From positions 1 to 36,139 of IMG/VR virus record IMGVR_UViG_3300033145_000684: a DNA stretch of 36,139 nt; one strand, 5' to 3'. Position 1 is the stretch's first letter; each line of letters opens with the position of its first letter. The DNA comes from a virus. Lineage: Duplodnaviria; Caudoviricetes. Shown here one piece after another: positions 32,760 through 36,139 of the stretch. A program made the position numbers and the translations under genes. The notes beneath the pieces were generated by a model. That model ran no database searches, was not told the DNA's origin, and saw only the letters and a list, made by a program, of their open reading frames with translations.

Positions 32760-34703
32760 ATGAAAAAATTGATTTTAATACTTACATTATTGATCAGTCT
32801 GCTTTTTCCCTACACAGTTATGGCAGACACCCATGCAGCAGCATCTTGTGCGGCGGCAGACATACAAGATGCAGTTGATTTAGCGAGTAATGGTGATACT
32901 GTTACTGTACCTGCCACTGGTAGTCCTTGCACATGGAATAGTAAACTAACTCTTGATCTAACTACCAAAGGACTTTTAATACAGGGAGCCGGAAGCGGAT
33001 TAGTAACAATAGTGAGTGCCACACCATTAACAGACCCAACTTTAGAAATATTAGTAGCATCCGGGTATCCGGTTACACTTACAGGGTTTACATTTGATGG
33101 CGATGACAGAAACAATACAAGCGCAAGCGGTATTGTGAATTTCACTGGGACCGGGACTGGAGCTGATCATAGAATACATCATAATGCATTTATAAACATA
33201 GGTGACAGGGGAATCTTGTTCACTTATTCAGGGGGGGAACTATATGGATTGATAGACAATAATACCTTTACATCTACTGGCATTGGCGGAGAAATGGCTA
33301 TTTCTGCTATTGGTAACGGATCAACATCATGGAGTATTGCTCATACATGGGGTGATGCTAATGCTATTTATATTGAAGATAACACTTTTAATTGGTCCAG
33401 ATCCAGTGACGATGTCATAGATGGATATAATGGAGCAAGGTTTGTTATTAGATATAATCATTTTTATGAGAGAGGTGTTGGATTCCACGGCAATCTTACG
33501 GGCGGATATAGGTCTGTTTTTAGCACCGAGATTTACGAGAATGATATTGACCAGCAAAACGCATCCCAGGGCGATCCGATCAATGTAAAAGGCGGGTCCC
33601 ATACTATCTATAATAATCGGATAACCGGTAATTTTAAGCAACGAATATTTGCTCAAAGTGGGCGGTCTTGCTCGTCTGCGACTACGTGGGGTAAATGTGA
33701 TGGGTCAAACCCATACGACCTGAACGAAGTTGGATCTACAGGTACAAGCGGAACGGCAACGGCGGGTGGTGCTACTTCTATGGTTCATGCAGGAGCAGGA
33801 TGGGAGGTAAACGCATATGTTGATTATTATGTTCACAATACGTCTGAAGGAACAGCTACGGCTGCGGATTGCATGGCAAAGATAGAGTCTAACACATCGG
33901 ATACATTAACGCTGGTTGCCGGGTTGGGTTCGTCTTGTTCTGGTAATAGTCAGTTTGCAAACACTGAGACATATGTAATATCCCTTGGGTATCCCTGTCT
34001 TGACCAGTTGGGGCGTGGAACTAATCAAGCAACAGACAAGTCCTATGAATGGAACAATACAGAGGATGAAACTGAGATAGATTGGCTTATAAACAATCCA
34101 TGTGCTGAATCTACACCAGATGTGTTAGACCATCTTACTGTTGGGGTTGATTTAATAAACGACACTGAACGTCCAGCATACACGCCCTATACCTACCCTC
34201 ACCCACTTCGACAAGAAGGCGAAGGCGAAGCCTCCGGCACGATTATTCCAGGTGGTTGCAAGGAATCAGAGATTGTAACTGGCGGGAAATATATTGATCT
34301 TGAACTGGAAGGTGAAGAATGGCCAGCAGCCGGTGAAGCATTTGACGCTATACGACAAGATCTTATAGACGGTTTGGATAGTGCCCAAGCGGAAGCAGCT
34401 GGATGGGATGCGGTTGTAAAAGCTGAATTGGCTGTCACTACCGTTACAAGAATAGATGACGATACCGCCAGAATAACTTTACCTGACTTTGATGGTGATC
34501 CAAACACCGCTTATGAGATTACAGCAAATGAAACCATCACTTCAACTATTTGTGATACTTGTACGGTAGGTCAGGTTGAGATCGTGTGTGGTAATACCTT
34601 TCAGATTTCGGCGGAACAGATCGGGGCAGAAACAATCGGGTGTGTCTATGATGCTACCGGGCCAGCAGCGGTGTATGATGCAAATGGCCCAACAGTAAAT
34701 TAA
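32760..34703 (+). CDS. Signal-peptide-bearing right-handed beta-helix (pectin-lyase-like) protein, possible depolymerase/spike
   Basis: MKKLILILTLLISLLFPYTVMA leader, DIQDAVDLASNGDTVTVP cap, repeated IxxNxF coils (IHHNAF, IDNNTF, IEDNTF, IRYNHF, IYNNRI), YTPYTYPHPL. Confidence 0.75.
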   Translation: MKKLILILTLLISLLFPYTVMADTHAAASCAAADIQDAVDLASNGDTVTVPATGSPCTWNSKLTLDLTTKGLLIQGAGSGLVTIVSATPLTDPTLEILVASGYPVTLTGFTFDGDDRNNTSASGIVNFTGTGTGADHRIHHNAFINIGDRGILFTYSGGELYGLIDNNTFTSTGIGGEMAISAIGNGSTSWSIAHTWGDANAIYIEDNTFNWSRSSDDVIDGYNGARFVIRYNHFYERGVGFHGNLTGGYRSVFSTEIYENDIDQQNASQGDPINVKGGSHTIYNNRITGNFKQRIFAQSGRSCSSATTWGKCDGSNPYDLNEVGSTGTSGTATAGGATSMVHAGAGWEVNAYVDYYVHNTSEGTATAADCMAKIESNTSDTLTLVAGLGSSCSGNSQFANTETYVISLGYPCLDQLGRGTNQATDKSYEWNNTEDETEIDWLINNPCAESTPDVLDHLTVGVDLINDTERPAYTPYTYPHPLRQEGEGEASGTIIPGGCKESEIVTGGKYIDLELEGEEWPAAGEAFDAIRQDLIDGLDSAQAEAAGWDAVVKAELAVTTVTRIDDDTARITLPDFDGDPNTAYEITANETITSTICDTCTVGQVEIVCGNTFQISAEQIGAETIGCVYDATGPAAVYDANGPTVN

Positions 34704-34715
34704 GAGGCAAAAATT

Positions 34716-34940
34716 ATGCCAGAAAAAGAACGCAGAAGCTATGACGCAGATATAGCGGTTATCGCAAATAATGTAGAGCACATGCAAAAAGATGTGACAG
34801 AAGTTTTAACAAGGAACGGATTGATTACAACGGTCGCTCTTAATAAACAGTCAATCAAACGGGTTTGGTGGTGGGTGGGTAGTCTATCTTTAACCCTTGT
34901 ATCCTGTGGACTTTATCTCTTAGTGAGGACGGTTTCATAA
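34716..34940 (+). CDS. Small membrane protein, holin-like
   Basis: Coiled N-terminus plus one C-terminal hydrophobic segment; directly before the endolysin. Confidence 0.5.
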   Translation: MPEKERRSYDADIAVIANNVEHMQKDVTEVLTRNGLITTVALNKQSIKRVWWWVGSLSLTLVSCGLYLLVRTVS

Positions 34941-35287
34941 TGATCAGCGTAAAAGATAAATCAGTCTTAGCAAGCCTGCTAATGGTTGAATACGATGAGA
35001 CTCTAATTGATATTCTGATGTGGCTCATTGATGAATATCCTGAACGGGTTGTGTTTACTTGTGGGCATCGTGCCAGTGATAAGGGAATTCACGGTACAAT
35101 CCCATGCAGGGCGGTTGATTTAAGATCATGGACATTCAGAAGTCCTGACAGAGCCGCTAATTATATCAATATGGTATGGGAGTATGACCCTAAAAGACCT
35201 GAAATGACAGTAGCTTTATTTCACGATTCGGGGGAGGGGCCGCATTTTCATATTCAGAGTCATCCGAATACAAGGAGAAGGGCATAA
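34940..35287 (+). CDS. Endolysin, peptidase M15-like zinc peptidase
   Basis: TCGHR..H..RAVD and PHFHIQ zinc-ligand motifs, in a lysis-module position. Confidence 0.75.
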   Translation: MISVKDKSVLASLLMVEYDETLIDILMWLIDEYPERVVFTCGHRASDKGIHGTIPCRAVDLRSWTFRSPDRAANYINMVWEYDPKRPEMTVALFHDSGEGPHFHIQSHPNTRRRA

Positions 35288-35481
35288 TGGATAAAATGAC
35301 AGCATATTTAGCTGGGCTTGCGATTGTGTGTGCTACTATAATTACAGGTTTGGCAATGTTTAAGTTGACCGGCCAGAACTCGGCGGCTAAAGAAGTTGCT
35401 ATTCTGGCTATAACGGCTATGTTTTCAGCCATATCCGGTGGGAGTATAGGATACCTTGCCGGAAAAAAGAAAGGAGAGTAA
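35287..35481 (+). CDS. Putative holin (two transmembrane segments)
   Basis: Two hydrophobic helices and a basic tail GKKKGE; TAATG-coupled to the endolysin. Confidence 0.55.
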   Translation: MDKMTAYLAGLAIVCATIITGLAMFKLTGQNSAAKEVAILAITAMFSAISGGSIGYLAGKKKGE

Positions 35482-35483
35482 TC

Positions 35484-35789
35484 ATGTCTTTGGCAAGTAT
35501 TTTAAACGTATTTATGATTATCGACAAAGTTGCACCAATGGTTTTAGGGTTTATGAAACTGGTAGAAGAAAGCAAGGAAGCCGGTGAGATAAAAAAGCAA
35601 ACTGTAACCGACATGACAAAAGCAACTATTAATTCGATGGATGAGGTTACAACCGGTGGTGCTCAAAAAACATGGAGAGCGATTGAAGCACCCTTAACAA
35701 GACCTGGTGGGATAATTGATTTGCTTGCTACTTTGTTTTTTGGTTCCAGAACGGCTATTCCACTTGATATTGATATAGAAAATCCGTAG
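35484..35789 (+). CDS. Hypothetical protein in the lysis region
   Basis: 101-aa ORF with AAGGAG RBS and an amphipathic N-terminus. Confidence 0.55.
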   Translation: MSLASILNVFMIIDKVAPMVLGFMKLVEESKEAGEIKKQTVTDMTKATINSMDEVTTGGAQKTWRAIEAPLTRPGGIIDLLATLFFGSRTAIPLDIDIENP

Positions 35790-35797
35790 GACTGCTG

Positions 35798-36052
35798 ATG
35801 AAAAGGTATGGGATTGCTTCTACCACATACTACAGACTTCGGATAGACATAATAGAGTCCTATGCTTCCGGTGATCTTGACAATTCGTATAATCAGGCAG
35901 ATATGTCGTTGGAAGCTCTGGACAAACTATATACTGATGATAGATTCCAAAGTTTAGAGACTTTTGAAGCGGATAAATTGAAACTCCTCACCGAGATTCA
36001 AGAGATAGTAGATCAGCGAATTTTTAGGGAAATGTACGGCATGAAAAGCTGA
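35798..36052 (+). CDS. Hypothetical protein
   Basis: 84-aa ORF with AGGA RBS. Confidence 0.5.
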   Translation: MKRYGIASTTYYRLRIDIIESYASGDLDNSYNQADMSLEALDKLYTDDRFQSLETFEADKLKLLTEIQEIVDQRIFREMYGMKS

Positions 36053-36139
36053 TTATTTGACCCCTATCCGTTTATGAAAGTGTTCATGTGTTAATTGCTT
36101 AAAGCCATTATCCCTAACAACTTCATAAAGAGTTTGTCC
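36053..36139 (-). CDS. 3' end of a convergent minus-strand gene (partial)
   Basis: Reverse complement is open from the window edge: GQTLYEVVRDNGFKQLTHEHFHKRIGVK-TAA. Its stop abuts the stop of the last + strand gene. Confidence 0.4.
   Translation of the reverse strand, partial: GQTLYEVVRDNGFKQLTHEHFHKRIGVK

Larger units (their letters stand above)
1..36139 (+). mobile_element. Tailed phage (podovirus-like) genome segment: packaging, head, short tail/ejection, appendage and lysis modules
   Basis: Co-oriented terS, terL, portal, scaffold, capsid, adaptor, nozzle, ejection-like proteins and endolysin. No tape measure or sheath gene. No att site or integrase seen, so free phage versus prophage cannot be decided. 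Confidence 0.95.

Noticed and set aside
29205-34703. Diversity-generating retroelement target
   Set aside because: No reverse transcriptase and no adenine-variable template/variable repeat pair seen in the window.

Overview
The window is the packaging, structural and lysis arm of a tailed dsDNA phage (Caudoviricetes) with a short-tailed, podovirus-like gene order. It runs terS, a disrupted HNH gene, small regulators, terL, portal, scaffold, DUF5309/SU10-type major capsid protein, adaptor, nozzle, fibre-like proteins, three probable ejection proteins, three large appendage-like proteins and an M15 endolysin with holin-like genes. Almost everything is on the + strand and many genes overlap or abut. 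No integrase, replication, tRNA or CRISPR features were seen. The main unusual feature is a set of about ten sugar-biosynthesis and modifying enzymes woven into the head-morphogenesis region: KdsA, an NDP-hexose C-methyltransferase, a GDP-fucose-synthase-like reductase, a putative glycosyltransferase, a cupin, a Maf/DUF115 ulosonic-acid transferase-like protein directly after the capsid gene, two further methyltransferases, a GNAT and a radical SAM/SPASM enzyme. I infer a candidate virion-glycosylation system. Other notable signals are three consecutive appendage-position proteins with Sec-type signal peptides, two related structured leaders upstream of terL and cupin-portal, a duplicated kdsA 3' end flanking an inserted two-gene cassette, and a strand-skew switch near terS. 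All family assignments come from reading motifs by eye; no database search was run. The host is probably Gram-negative (kdsA), which is an inference.
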